DNA of 64,000 nt from Malacoraja senta (GCA_038087875.1 CM075990.1:12216001-12280000); one strand, 5' to 3'. Shown: positions 12,468 through 26,387, counted from the first letter of the stretch. The notes: generated by a model from the sequence alone, not told the origin. Numbers and translations: made by a program.

Positions 12468-14074
12468 TTAAAAGTCCCGATTTTTACCGTGATTTTAGCG
12501 TTGTTTTCTGATGATGTCACCCTTATGCCAAGCAGCCTTATGCCAAGCAGCTCCGGTGAGTTATTTTTAGAGTCGGTCCCGACTTTAAAACGGATTTTAG
12601 CCATTTTACGGGAGAGGAGCTCAATGCAGAGCCCTTAGTGTTCCATGGCGCTACCGGAAGTCGGGTAGGACAGTGTTAATGTGCAGGGATCGCTGGTCGG
12701 CATGGACTCGGTGGGCGCTGTATCTCCAAAACTAAACCTACGAAAGTTTTGAAAATGATTTTTAACCTATTTTAATATATTTTACCCATTTATTTGAAAC
12801 TCTTTCAATATTGTTGAACGAATTCGGGAAATCGTGGCTATCATGTGCTGAAGGACACAATAGGATATAATCGGCTATAGAAATGGCGGATACATGGCAG
12901 CTAGCATTGAATCTGGGGAACTGTGAGACATTGCACTTTGGGAGGTTGAATGGAAGAGGAAAGTATACTGTTAATGGCGAGGCCTTTAATAACATTCATG
13001 TACAGAGAAATAGAGTCATAGAGTGATACAGGTGGAAACAGGTCCTTCGGCCCAACTTGCCCACACCAGACAACATGTCCCAGCTACACTAGTCCCACCT
13101 GCCCGCATCTCCCCCCAAACCTGTCCTATCCATGTACCTGCTAACTGTTTCTTAAACGTTGGGATAGTCCCGGCCTCAACTACCTCCTCTAGCAACTTGT
13201 TCCACACACCCACCACCCTTTGTGTGAAAAAGTTACCCCTCAGATTCCTATTTCATCTTTTCCCCATCACCTTAAACCTATGATCTTGAGATCCAAGTCC
13301 ATAGTTTCCTGAAAGTGGCAACACCAATAGATAAGGGTGGTAAAAATGGTGTATGGTATACATGCCTTTATTGGTTGGGTCACTCAGTGTAAGTCGGGAA
13401 GTCATGTTGCAACCTTATAGGACTGGCTTGGTCGTATTTGGACCAAGTGCGGCCTTTTGAATGAATCCAAATTTTGTAGAACAAATCCTTTTATTTTTAT
13501 TAGTATGTTTTTGTTTGTCTTTTGTTATTTTTATTTTAATCTTAAAATGAACATATTTAAAATACCAAAGAGTAAAAGAAGATTCAACGAAACAATCCTC
13601 CCCGACTGACGGCCACAATTAAAACATTAGTAAATCATGAGGGCTATTTTAACAAAATAATGTACATTTTGAAGTATATCTAATTGAGGTTTCTGGGATG
13701 CGGCCTTATTAGATTACAGCTAACTTAATGCGGCATTCCAACATGAAAAGGTTCCCCACCCATGGGGTAGACAGTCAGAACCTTTTTTCTCGGGTGGAAA
13801 TGTCAAAGTTTTAGTAGGTTTAATATGAGCGGGTGAAAGTATTTTACACAGGGTGGGTGGAGCCTGGTATGCGCTGCTGCTGGTGGTGGAAGCTGATACA
13901 ATAATGGCATTTCAGACTTTGAGATAGACTTATGGATATGCGGGGAAAGGAATGATATGGATCACGTGTAGGCAGCGGAGATTTGTTTAACTTGGCATCA
14001 TGTCCAGCATTGAACAGCCTTCTCCTGTGCTGTTCTTTGTTCTATGTCAGATTTCAAGAGTCTTGTTTAACTAT

Positions 14075-14480
14075 GGTGACACGGAGGCACAGCAGTAGGG
14101 CTACTGACTTACAGCTCCAGAGACTCGGCTTGGATCCCGACTGTCCGTACAGAGTTTGTACGTTCTCCCAGTGACCTGCGTGGGTTTTCTCCGAGATCGT
14201 CGGTTTCCTCCCACACACTCCAAAGACGTGCAGGTTTGCAGGTTAATTGGCTTGGTGTAAATGTAAAAAAAATTCCTAGTGTGTGTAGGATAGTAGACAA
14301 AAGTGCTGGAGAAACTCAGCGTGTGCAGCAGCATCTATGGAGCGAAGGAAATAGGCAACGTTTCGGGCTGAAACCCTTCTTCAGACTGAGGATAGGATAG
14401 TGTTAGTTTACTAGGACCGCTGGTCGGTATGGATTCGGTGGGCCGAAGGGCCTGATTCCCCGCTGTATCTCTAAACTAAA
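14075..14480 (+). mobile_element. HE1-like SINE interrupted by a Penelope-terminus module (about 14294-14389)
   Basis: SINE head, body and tail present; TAGGATAG is repeated on both sides of the insert. Confidence 0.8.
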
Positions 14481-14963
14481 CTTGAAACTGTTCTAAAACT
14501 TGAGCAAGTCATGGTGAGAATAATATCGACTCATTTGCCGTGATTTGTAATTGTGCTGCTTTCAGATCAGAGCCCTGCGAATCATTGCCAGTTGGAAGTA
14601 CTTTCATTCTAATCAAAATTGCCAAGATCAGAGGAAAGTGTGTGTGTGCGTTGGTGGCCAGATTTGAAAGAGTTCCAGCAGCACTCTGGAGTCTGAATTG
14701 TAAAGGGAGATGTTGGGACATCTTTGGCAGAGATAGGAATCGTGAGTTAGACATTAACACCAGGACAAGTAGAAAATAATATTTGAGGCTCGTTTCCTGC
14801 GTTCAACTTGAGGTTTTACATATTTTAATCGCGTGAATGCAGCTGATGTCTATATATTTAAAATAATCCTGTATAGATCATGTATAAAATCATGAGAGGA
14901 ATAGATCAGGTATATCATATATATGTGTGTGTCATGTACGCACATATATGTTGATAGAATACG

Positions 14964-15390
14964 TTGATAGAATGGCTGGGCTTGTATACTCTGGAATTTA
15001 GAAGGATGAGAGGGGATCTTATTGAAACATATAAGATTATTAGGGGTTTGGACACGCTAGAGGCAGGAAACATGTTCCCGATGTTGCGGGAGTCCAGAAT
15101 CAGGGGCCACAGTTTAAGAATAAGGGGTAAGCCATTTAGAACAGAGATGAGGGAAAACATTTTCAGCCAGAGAGTTGTGGGTCTGTGGAATTATCTGCCT
15201 CAGAGGGTGCTGGAGATCGGTTCTCTGGATGCTTTGAAGAGAGAGTTAGATAGAGCTCTTACAGATAGCGGAGTCAGGGGATATGGGGAAAAGGCAGGAA
15301 CGGGGTACTGATTGTGGATGATCAGCCATGATCACATTGAATGGCGGTGCTGGCTCGAAGGGCCGAATGGCCTACTCCTGCACCCATTCT
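14964..15390 (+). mobile_element. CR1/HER1 LINE 3' fragment
   Basis: LGLYTLEFRRMRGDLIETYKI...RGHSLR...FSQRVV.LWN.LP C-terminus plus gggccgaatggcctactcctgc tail. Confidence 0.85.
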
Positions 15391-16829
15391 CTTTTGTCTA
15401 TTTGGACACATAAAAAACAAACTAACAATCATGCAAAAAGACCAAACCAATGTCCCCAAGACTTTTCGTTGGGCACATTGGAAGTGTAGAGAACAAAGGG
15501 ATATGGATCATGTGCAGGAAGATGAGATCAGTTGAACTTGGCATCATGTTCGGCACCAACATTGTGGGCTGAAAGACCGTTCCTTTGCTGTGCTGCTATA
15601 TGTTCTACGTTCTGTGACATGACGGCCAACACTACAAGACCAAGTGCACTTTGGGTTCCCGAAACGGCCGTCTCAGGAGTTCTCACCTTTGTACTGTTTC
15701 TCTTTAACTGCGTTGTTTCTGGAAACCCCTTTGATGATTTTATTGACTACTTGGGGCAGAGAATATGAACATCTGTGCCTACAGCTTTTGAAATCGGGTG
15801 CCAGACCCCAGTATACAGGTAGATGTGATGCTATGCTTTCAACCCACACCATCTGTTTGAAATAGTGAAAACCAAAAATAAGCAATTTACTTCCAGCCTC
15901 TGATCTTGTCCCTGCAAAGACATGATGGGCAGAATGGCCTCCGTCAGTGCTGTAAATATCTCAGTCTGAATTCTATCGTGCTGGTTCAATGATGTGAAGA
16001 TTGGTTTTCCTATGATGGACCCTTAAGGTTCCCAGGAGCACTAATGTAGTAAGGTTCCACGCAGCACCACCCTACGATGAATTGCCCCAGACACACTCGC
16101 TGTACCATCCCCTTGGTCTTCCGGGCTAGTGCTTCACCTTTCATTCAGTCTACTCACTGTGGGAGGTTGAATGCTCCTGATGCATCACCTCGAACCATCA
16201 GAACCAACCTTTAGTACCATTAAAACCAACCATTAAAACCAACCAACCATTAAAACCTCAAACATGCCTGCCTTAGTAATATTTCTAAAGATAGCCACAA
16301 AAAGCTGGAGTAACTCAGCTGGTCAGGCAGCGTCTCTGGAGAGATTGAATGGGTGACGTTTCGGGTCGAGACGCTTCTTCAGACTGAGAAAGTAATGGTG
16401 ATATTTTTGTGAATTGCCATTCCAGAAGGCGTTTGACAAGGTGAAGTTATCAGAAAACATGGGGTTGTTGGCGATATATTGGTGTGCGTTGAAGACTTGG
16501 TCATGGTCTGAAAGCTATGAATGAGTCATTTTTGGGTTGAGTTGGCTCGGTGTCTCCAGTGGGCAAGTGCAGGGCCCAGCTTTGGAGCTCCAACCGTTCA
16601 CAATGTATGTCAGCTGTTTGGACTAAGGGACTAAGTGTAATGAATCCAAGATTAAAGGAAAAATCGGTTGTTCATTACCTGAATTAATGACACGGGCAAA
16701 GATGGGTGGGGATGAGTGTTCAGAATGTAGAAATAGACAATAGACAATAGACAATAGGTGCAGGAGTAGGCCATTTGGCCCTTCGAGCCAGCACCGCCAT
16801 TCAATGTGATCATGGCTGATCATCCCCAA

Positions 16830-17330
16830 GGGCCTGCAGATGCTGGTTTACACACAACAGGGCTCAAAGTGCTGGAATAAGTCATCAGCTCAGGCAGCAT
16901 CTCTGAAGAACATGGATAGGTGACTTTTTGGGTTGGGACACTTCTTCAGACTGATTGAACGGTTGGTTGGGTGGGGGGGGGGGGGGAGAGGAGAGGTAGG
17001 ACAAAGTGTGGCAGGTAATAGGTCGACACAGGCGAGGGGAGAGCATTGACGTGCACAAGGTTGGAGCAAAGACCAGAAATAAGAATAGTAGGTGTGAGAC
17101 AGGTTTGAAGAGTTGCAGATTATGAAGCCAGGGAGAGGAAACTAGCAGGAAAGGGAGAAGGGTGTGGTGGAGAAATAGGTGGGATACAGGGGAGAGAGGG
17201 GTGTGGGGGAGAAAGGAGTGGGGGGGGGGGGTTAGTTAGAGGTTACCTAAAATTGGAGACTTCAACGTTCACACCGTTTGGTTATGAGCTACCCAAGGGG
17301 AATATGAGGTGCTGTTCCTCCAGTTTGCGT
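16830..17330 (-). mobile_element. Degenerate Penelope-like 3' fragment
   Basis: Same terminus (ctgcagatgctgg...cttcttcagactga), purine-rich UTR and the end of the GIY-YIG region. Similar fragments lie at about 28415-28790, 36690-37090, 44170-44360 and 50595-51110. Confidence 0.65.
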
Positions 17331-17570
17331 TTTACAGTTGTGTTCTAATCTGATTACCTCCAAATATTTGGTTCCCGAGGCAGTAAACAGCCAAATGTGT
17401 TGGTGATAAATACAACAATCGGCCAGAGATCTCACCTGGGGTTAGTACTTATAAAAGGTGAATTTCTACCTCTTGTATATCTAAATTGAGCCATCTCTCC
17501 CCTTTCAATAAGGAATTTCCATGGCCATATTACAGGGAGGGTTCAATTTGTGTTGCTAATTGCTGAAAAT

Positions 17571-17880
17571 AGTTTAGTTTAGAGATACAGCGTGAAAACA
17601 TGCCCTTCAGCCCATCTAGTCCACACCGACCAGCGATCCCCGCACATCAACACTATCCTACAAACACACACGAGAGACTATTTTACATTGATACCAAGCC
17701 AATTAACCTACAAACCTGTACGTCTTTGGAGTGTCGGAGGAAACCGAAGATCTCAGAAAAAAACGCACGCATTCTACGAGGAGATCGTACAAACTCCATA
17801 CAGACAGAGCCCGTAGTCGGGATCGTACGCGGGTGTCTCGTGCTGTGAGGCAGCAACTCTACCGCTGCGCCTCTGTGCCA
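17571..17880 (-). mobile_element. HE1-like SINE
   Basis: Reverse complement of the same SINE. Further copies at about 21062-21345(+), 21519-21808(-), 27866-28180(-), 32771-33062(-), 37880-38172(+), 40488-40815(-), 42043-42350(+), 46877-47637(-), 48285-48515(-), 52984-53358(-) and 62535-63770(-). Confidence 0.85.
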
Positions 17881-19445
17881 CCCCAAAAAAGATTCTGTGG
17901 ACACAGAGGCGGGCTGTTGAATATTAAGTAAATAAATAATCTAGGGGCATATTATATTGATGCCTGTGCGATCTATTCTGATCAGCCCCCTAATTTACAA
18001 CAAGATGGTGAGGATTAACATGCAGTCAGCCCGTCCTCTCTTGATTTGGCTTCTGGGCAGCTTTTCAAGGCCGGGATTTGAGCAAAGCATTTCTCTCTCA
18101 TTAGACCGTTCTTTCCTGGCATTAACTCCTTTGGTCTATATTGATGGAAAACGTTTAAAGTAGCGCTTTGGGACACACAGATCTATAAACAGTTTATCGG
18201 GGAGCTGTAATTACTGAGGTCCATGAGCTAATGTATGCAAATCAGTATCTGTAAAACACACTTGGACCATATACAGTCCATGTGGAAACGGTGATACATC
18301 TCTTTAAAATAAAGAGCAATTCAGGGAATTTGACAAAACGCCAACACTTTAAGAGGGGAAAGAATGGATATGGTATCGATGGCCTCAAACATCCGATTTT
18401 TATTCCAAGCCCCCTATCCAAGAAGTCATAATTATAGCTTCCAGCACATTAATGTGGCAGGAACAATAAGCTTTTAATACCCGATCATAACAGTTCCTTA
18501 ATCCAGCATTAAGTTTAAAGACAATTTTGTACACATTTACATTTCGGAGCAAAATAGAATAATTTAAAACAATTCATTTACTTCCTATTTATCTGCGCTG
18601 TGTGTGTTTCCCCGAGGTCCCACCAACTTGTCTTCAGTGTTGAATGTATCTGTCAGTGTTTCCATCTTTGCATGGCCTCCTATCTGTTCCACCCGAGTAA
18701 AAATGATATCTGGGATCCACATACATTGTCCAAGCGATTTCAGTAAATGTTGCCGCCAAAGTATGCCGTGGCCTTAAAAGAGGCCTTAAAGCCTAAGATT
18801 TCCAAGACCCGGTTGTGTCGTGGTCTAAACTGCAATTAATGCTTCAGGAATTCATTAGCGGTTGAGCATCTAAGACATACCTTGTCCGACCCTGGTTTAG
18901 CTGCAGGGTTATATTTCTTATGTGTAGGAAGGGACTGCAGATGCTGGTTTACACAGAGGATAGACACAAAATGCTGGATTAACTCAGCATGTCCGGCTGC
19001 ATCTTTGGAGAAAAGGAATAGGTGACACTTCAGGTCGAGACCCTTCTTCTTCAGACTGAGAGTCAGGACAACTAGAGGTATGAAAAGTACAAAGAACAAG
19101 GAATGGTACGGTGAGTTGATGGTGCAGAACTACAGTCGGAGAGAGGAGGAAAATTTCTTCAAAGTAGGCGTACCTTGAGGCGATTTCGCAGTGGAGCAGA
19201 CGAAACATGTCGGAAGAAACCGCAGTGGAGCATATATTGCTTCACAGGTTGGTGTTTGGTGTAATTTGTAGAGCAGTGAGTTTAACAAAGGTGAACAGAT
19301 TCAGACAGTGGCTGGACGTAGAATCATACTTCCAATAACGACTGACATCCTGATGGAGCAACACCTGATAACTGACAGGAGGACATTGATTGTATCTCTG
19401 GATCCCAGGTCACAAGCTCGATGTCCTGCCAGTGATCACATCTTA

Positions 19446-19892
19446 GTGTTAAAGAAGGAACTGCAGATGCTGGAAAATCGAAGGTACACAAAAATGCTGG
19501 AGAAACTCAGCGGGTGCAGCAGCATCTATGGAGCGAAGGAAATAGGTAACGTTTCGGGCCGAAACCCTTCTTCAGACTGATAGGGGGTGGGGAGAAGAAA
19601 GGAAAAAAGGAAAAGGCGGAGGAGGAGCCCGAGGGCTGGGGGAGGGGAGGAGACAACCAGATGGCTGATGAAGGGGAGGGGACAGCCAGGGCTAGCAGAA
19701 TTGGGAGAATTCAACGTTCAGGCCACCAGGATGTAGACTGCCCAAGCGGAATATGAGGTGCATTTCCTCCAATTTACGGTGTTGCTCGCTGTGGCCATGG
19801 AGGAGACCCAGGACAGAGAGGTCAGATACGGAATGGGAGGGGGAGTTGAAGTGCTGAGCCACCGGGAGTTCAGGTTGGTTATTGCGGACCGA
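19446..19892 (-). mobile_element. Penelope-like 3' fragment, near-identical to 62620-63060
   Basis: Encodes RSVRNNQPELPVAQHFN...GLNVEFSQFC* with the same 3' UTR and terminus. Confidence 0.88.
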
Positions 19893-22034
19893 CCTTAGTG
19901 TCTGACTCTCACCGGCCAAACAGTTCCAAATCCTCATTGTCTCTGCATGAGGTGAAGGAGAGATCTGGATCTTCACAACAACATCTAGCTGAGTTGTCAA
20001 CTGCTACAGAACTTTAATCTGGAACCTTTGGGTCTTTGTTGGTGCCCAATTATTGTGCCCAATTCTAGTAATGCACTAACATACTTCTAATTCAATTTTT
20101 TAAAGATGTTACAAACTAATATAATAAACTTTCTAGCATTCCTGGTTAGTTTAAAGGGAGCAATGGAAACTAGGTCCTACTATGTTTAAAGGCTGAGAAA
20201 CATGACGCTGGTGAGTTTAAAAGGAGTGCAGGAAAGCAGGGGTGGTGAGTTTCAAGGGAACATGAGAAGCAGAACTCAATGATCCATTTGCTCGATTATT
20301 TGCATTTCAAACGATCCGTTAGCAGATTATGGAGATTTTACTAGTTGAACTGATCTCATAAACCTGTACATAATCCACACCCTTCATTCCCTGCACTTCA
20401 TTCTCTGCCTATTTAAAAAGCCTCTTAAACGCTGCTATTGTTCCTGCCGCCACCACATGTGGCAATGTGACCCAACCCCCCACTACTCTCTGTATATAAA
20501 AACGTACCCCACACATCTCCATTAAAATTTCCCCCTCTCACCTTATAGCTGTGCCCTCTAACGTTGGACACTCCCACCCTGGGAACAAGGTTCTGACAAC
20601 CTAGCCTATCTGGACCATAACTGGCACATACATGCTACACACACGCAATAATGTCACAATCTTTGGCAGTGGAGGAGAGATAGAATGCCTTCAGTTTTCC
20701 AGGAACTGAATCAGAGAAGGGCCATGCTTTTCAGTCTTGTCATCCAAACCACTTTGCAGCCAATGATATATCTTAGAAGTGCGTCTACCACAGCACTGCA
20801 AATATGGCAGGCAGGTTCTACATCGCAAACTGCCAGAAACAACAGTCTGATAATTAATTTCCATTTGGCGTTGTTAATTGAGGAGTAAACATTAGCCAGC
20901 ACACTGGCGAGTCTCACTCACTAATGTCTGATGAAATGCTCTGGGATTTTTTTTATGCCCAAGCAATAGGGCCTGTGCTGAAAATGTCATCCATGAAGCA
21001 GTGCCACTGTGATGGTCAAGCACTCTCTCAGTTCACCACTAGATCCACAGTGTAAAATAAGGCCGGACAATGATGCAGCTGGCAGAGCTGCCGCCTCACA
21101 GCTCTAGAGACCCGGGTTTAATCCTGACCTCGGACGCTGTCTGTGCGGAGTTTGCACATTCTCCCGGTGACTGCGTGGGATTCTGGGTGCTCTGGTTTCC
21201 TCCCACATCCCGAAGACGTGGGTTTGGCCTCTGTAATTTGCTCCTCGTGTGTAAGGAGTGGATGTGAAAGTGGGATAACATAGAACTGATGGGAATGGGT
21301 GTTCGATGGTCAATGTGGGCCGATGGACCTGTTTCCATGCTGTATCTCATTATATTTCTTTTAAAAAATTATGTTTAATTCCATGTGCTGGGATTGGAAT
21401 CCACTGCCCTCCTGATATTCATCGAACTGGTGTGAATGGTTGTTCGATGGTCATTGTGGACTCGGTGGGCCGAAGTCTTGCTTCCATGCTGTGTCTCAAA
21501 ATATATATTTTTAAATTGTTTAGTTTAAAGATACAGCTTGGAAACAGGCCCTTCGGCCCACTGTGCCGACCAGCGATCCACGCACACCAACACTATCCAA
21601 CATATACCAGGGACAATTTCACCATGCCAATTAAGCTACACGCCTATGCGTCTTTGCAGTGTGGAAGAAACCGGAGCACCCGGAGAAAAGCCACGCAGGT
21701 CACGGGGAAAATGTACAAACTCCCGTGTACGGACGGCACACGTAGTCAAGATCAAACCCAGGACCCTGGCGTTGTAATGCAGCAACTCTACCGCTGCACC
21801 ACCGTGCCCTGCCTGTTCTATTATAGGTCAGGCAATACTGCCTAGATCCATATAAAACCATCACTTCTTGGCAGGCTTTGTGTGCTGTATTAAAGATTAA
21901 TGGGCTGAGATGTGTAGCTGCAAATTGGCCTAGAATTGTCAAAGCTTGATTTGAAGCCTTTCGAGTTGCCTGGACAGATGCAGCCTCTGCCACAGTATGA
22001 GTTCATGTTATTGTCACCCACACTAAATATGGGA

Positions 22035-22415
22035 GGACCTCATTGAAACTTACAGAATAATGAAAGGCATAGATAGAGTGGATGTGGAAAGGATGTTTCC
22101 ACTGATGGGAGAGTCTCGGACCAGAGGTCATGACCTCAGAATTAAAGCGTGCTCTTTTAGAAAGGAGGTGAGGAGGAACTTCTTTAGTCAGAGGGTAGTT
22201 AATCTGTGGGACTCACTGCCACAGAGCACTGTGCAGGCCAAGTCAGTGGATCTTTTTAAGGCAGAGATAGACAAATTCTTGATTCGAACAGGTGTCAGGG
22301 GTTATGTGGAGAAGGCAGGAAAATGGAATTAGGAGGCAGAGATCAGCAAAGATTGAATGGCGGAGTAGACTCAATGGGCCGAATGGCCTAATTCTACTCC
22401 TATAACTTGTGAACT
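22035..22415 (+). mobile_element. CR1/HER1 LINE 3' fragment
   Basis: Same C-terminal peptide and tail. Confidence 0.82.
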
Positions 22416-22639
22416 TGTCACCTGTACCAGGGTACAGTGAAAAGCTTTTGTTGTGTGCTAACCAGTCAGGTGAGTGGCTGAATCTGAAGGGGGTGGTTGG
22501 AAAGAGTTGGGGAATGTGGGGAAAATAAAATGGAGTGAGTGTAAGTGTCCACTTGGTGGATGGTGAAGACCTTCATGGGCTGAATAATTCGATGACTCTG
22601 TCCAACCATATATAAGAACGCTTGACTGGTTCTCTATAA

Positions 22640-22923
22640 AGGCCCTGGCCCACTGTACGAGGTAATTCAAGAGTTCTCCCGAATTTCCGCTGATTCGAAC
22701 GCGGATAATGTACATAGCGGGTACGTAGGAGCTCGTGGATGTCTCGTAGCGGCTCGTAATGCTAACGGCAGTTACTCGGGAAACGCAGAAACTCATGAAG
22801 TTTTTTCAACACTGTGAAAAATGTCCGAGAGGAAAAAATACTCGTGATGAACTTACCACGAGTTTGATTTTTTTTTAAACTCGGGAGAGCTCTTGGGTAA
22901 ACTCTCATCGTGGGACAGGGGCT
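22640..22923. mobile_element. PIF/Harbinger-type MITE
   Basis: TIR AGGCCCTGGCCCAC.../...GTGGGACAGGGGCT; TAA TSD. Confidence 0.8.
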
Positions 22924-23892
22924 TAAATTTCGTTGCTGTTTTGCAGCCGCAGGTGGAATTAACTCGGTTTAAGTAGAATTTGAAGAAATATTTAGCAGCA
23001 AGAAGAAATGCCAATGAAAGCAACACTGTGGGGCGAGCTGTGAGCTGCTCTGGTTAGACCACATAACAAGAAAAAGACCACAATAAACAATATTGTGCTA
23101 AGTCTAATACAGCCTGAAATTTAATTATTTCTGTTCTCCTTCAGTCTTTGTGCTTCAGATTCCTCTTATGCATTCCTTAAACTTTCGTCCTCACCAGGTT
23201 TTAGATTGTCCTTGTGTGACTCCATCCCCACCATTGCTCGATAATGTTTCCCCAAAGCCTTTTGCTACATTAAAGACGCAATATAAACTTTGCGTGGTAA
23301 AACACTGTGATATTTCAAGCAGCCATAATATTGACACATTATTCCCTCAGTGGAGAATGCCTTCCACTGACTTGCACACTTCTCAGAGGCTTTATTGAAT
23401 TCTGAGCATTGATTTGCTTCCAAGACATTCCTCAAAAGCTCCTCCCCTGATCTGTCTGCTAAAGCTGTGAAAGTCATGGTATATCGCAATTCCAATGTAA
23501 GGAAAAACTGTGCACAGATTGTGCTGTTAGTGGAAACATCCTTTCATTAATTTCTGCCATTAGTTGGAGATGAGTCTGCTGTTCTAAACTTGCGATGTAA
23601 TTATGATTGGGGGAAAAAAATATCTCCTTGTCCTATTTTTACTGACATCTGGTCCACTCTGTGTTCCTCCATTGGGGCAGAGCTCCTCTAACTCCAACAT
23701 CTTAGTTGTTCTTGAATTTAATTGCACCATTAAGCTCTTCAATCGAGGCTATAAGCTCGGAGGTTCCTTCCCCAAATACCCTGTCCACTTTTCCCTCTGG
23801 CATGTCCCAACAACTGCCCCTTAATCAAACCTTTTGACTGATCTAATATCTGTTTTGACTTTCGTATTGTCAATGGTACTGAAATATCCTTA

Positions 23893-24222
23893 AAGCCCTG
23901 TCCCACGGTACGAGTTCATTCCAAGAGCTCTCCCGAGTTTGCCCTGATTCGAACTCGGAGATTTATGGTAATGGCCACTCGTCAGTACTCAGGGCTCTCG
24001 TGGACATTTTTCAACATGTTGATAAATCTTCACGGGTCTTCCCGTGCTTACCTGCCGTTAGCGAGTCTTCCCGAGTACCTGCCGTTAGCGTTACGAGCCG
24101 CTAAGAGACGTCCCTGAGCTCCGACGTACCCGCTACGTTCATTCTCCGTGCTTACCACGAGTTTGATTTTTTAAAAACTCGGCAGAGCTCTTGGAATGAA
24201 CTCGTACCGTGGGACAGGGCTA
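23893..24222. mobile_element. PIF/Harbinger-type MITE
   Basis: Long TIR AAGCCCTGTCCCACGGTACGAGTTCATTCCAAGAGCTCT; TTA TSD. Confidence 0.88.
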
Positions 24223-24439
24223 TTAGTTTGTTTAAAAACTGCACTTTAATGAAGATTGTTATACAGTTACCTTGTAAATTAGGAATGATTGCACAGTTGT
24301 ATACCTGAAAGGAGTTGATTGGGTAGATACACTCATTTAACGTAGTGAGGAAATCCAGAAGTGGGGCGTAATGTAGAAGCTTTCGTTGCACAGGAGGGTG
24401 GTGCATAGTTTTGGTCTTACAAAAGAAAATATACACCAG

Positions 24440-24770
24440 CATCGGAGGCAGTCCAGTCGTGATTTGCTGGGCTGATTCTTGGATGGGTCAGTTCGGGGAG
24501 AGTTCCCCCCTGCACGGGTACCATGAAATCCCACGCTACCCGCTACATGGTCGGATAGTCGGCGACTAAACCGTCTCCCCCACCTGGTTTGCCAGGTGAG
24601 GAGGGGGCTGTGGAACCCCAGCAGGACCAAAAACAAGACCTGTCAAAGGGCGGGTGAGCTCCTAGCGAGCCAACGGCCATCCACACTTCAGTAGAAGTTG
24701 CGATCACTGTCGTACACGGCATCGTAAGGCACCGTGCCCATTGATGTTTTCAACGATGATGATGATGAGA
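24440..24770 (+). mobile_element. Short retroposon with (GAT)n tail, RTE/RTEX-like
   Basis: GC-rich ~330-bp block in AT-rich context ending gatgatgatgatga. Family assignment is tentative. Confidence 0.35.
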
Positions 24771-26387
24771 GGGTTTGCTATCAGGGTGGCTAAAACGTTG
24801 CTGTATTCGCTGGAGCTGGCAAGAATGAGGGATGAACTTACTGAAACAGACAAGATTGTAAAGGGCACGGCACGAAAGACTTTGGTCCCTTTCCACTTGT
24901 GGGAGAGTCTTGAACAAGGGGGTGAAGTGACAAGTTAAGGGGGCCATTCATTAAAACTATGGTGCGGAGGAAATTCGTCATGCAAATCCTCGACCTCTGA
25001 GGATTGTGGTAGCAGTCAAACAGGAGGCATGCACAATTTTGAAAGATCATAGAATTGATGGTTGTGGGGAATTGGCACAGAAGGGGAGTTGAGGCCCGGG
25101 GGAGATCAGCCATGGACATATTGGGTGGAACAGGTTGGGTGGGCTCCCATTTTCTTGTGTACCAGGGCTAGGTTGTTTGGAAATGAAACTGGCACCCTCT
25201 TGTTCACCCAAAAGTGTGATGGGCGCATACTGCTTTTGTCCTGAAGATAAGACACAGAATGCTGGAGTAACTCAGTGGGACAGGCAGCATCTGTGGAGAG
25301 AAGGAATGGGTGACGTTTCGGGTTGAGACCCTTCTTCAGACCTACACAGTTTGTCTGCTTTTGTCCCAATTGACTTGGATGCCAGGGAACGATTGGACCT
25401 TTCCAGACTGAGACTGATGGATTTCGATGGGGTGGACCATGTCTTGTGGCACAAAGGGTAAATAATTAAATAGAGTCGAGGAGGGAATAATCCAGGATCT
25501 ATCAGAGTGGTGATTCAGGCTGGTGGATTGGGGAGTCATGCTGGTGGGTGCCACAGGAGTCGAATGTCAATGACATGTACCCAGCACCCTAGTGAGGTCC
25601 TCTGTGGTCCTGAATATTACACTGAGAAGCCTTCACTAAGTCGGAGAACGTTTGCACACAAACAAAAGTGATTCACCAAACAACGGGCGCAATTGCAATA
25701 TATTGATGGGCACATTTTGCCCTGTGCTGGGACTCTGTCTTCCATCGACATTTATGCAAGGGCATTGAGCTGAAAACACCTCGGGTAATTACGCAGCGAG
25801 ATAATAGTTTGCTGAAAGGATGCTTTGGCAGTTCAGTGTAACAATGAGGTAAGGCATTCTAGTGCACTCACGTAACCCACAATCGACTGGATGTTAAGTT
25901 TGCAAACATCCTTGTAGAATTTTTTTTTTTCCAGGGATATTCATGGGAGCATCTTCCCCACATATCAAGTAGAAGAACAGGTCCAAGAAGAAGCACCTAA
26001 GCATGTTGTCATCCTATGCTTGCCCCTGTAAATGGTGGAGGGATCTTAGAGAGAGGGAAACAAGTATGGATAATGGCACTGAGATATCCTTAGTGTGTTA
26101 AAAGCCCACTTAAAGGATGTTCTTTTAAGAAAGAAATTAGGAGAAATTTATTTAGTCAGAGGGTGGTGAATCTGTGGAATTCTTTACCACAGAAGGCTGT
26201 AGAGGCTACACCAGTGGATATTTTTACACGGATCATGGATTTTATATTTGAGCCGGAGGAATGGTATTTGTGGGGAAGGATGGGGCTTTTTCCAAGTCAT
26301 GAAACACCTTTATTTGGTCATGGTGGTGAATCTGTGGAATTCCTTGCCACAGAAAGCTGTGGAGGCAAAGTCAGTGGATATATCTAA

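Larger units (their letters stand above)
6300..12662 (-). mobile_element. Full-length L1-clade LINE, about 6.36 kb
   Basis: 15-bp TSD GGGTAGGACAGTGTT at 6285-6299 and 12663-12677. The 5' end reads GACTTCCGGTAGCGCCATGG, followed by ORF1, an ~960-bp AT-rich spacer, ORF2 (EN-RT-Cys) and a short poly(A) (T-run ending at 6305). Confidence 0.95.
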
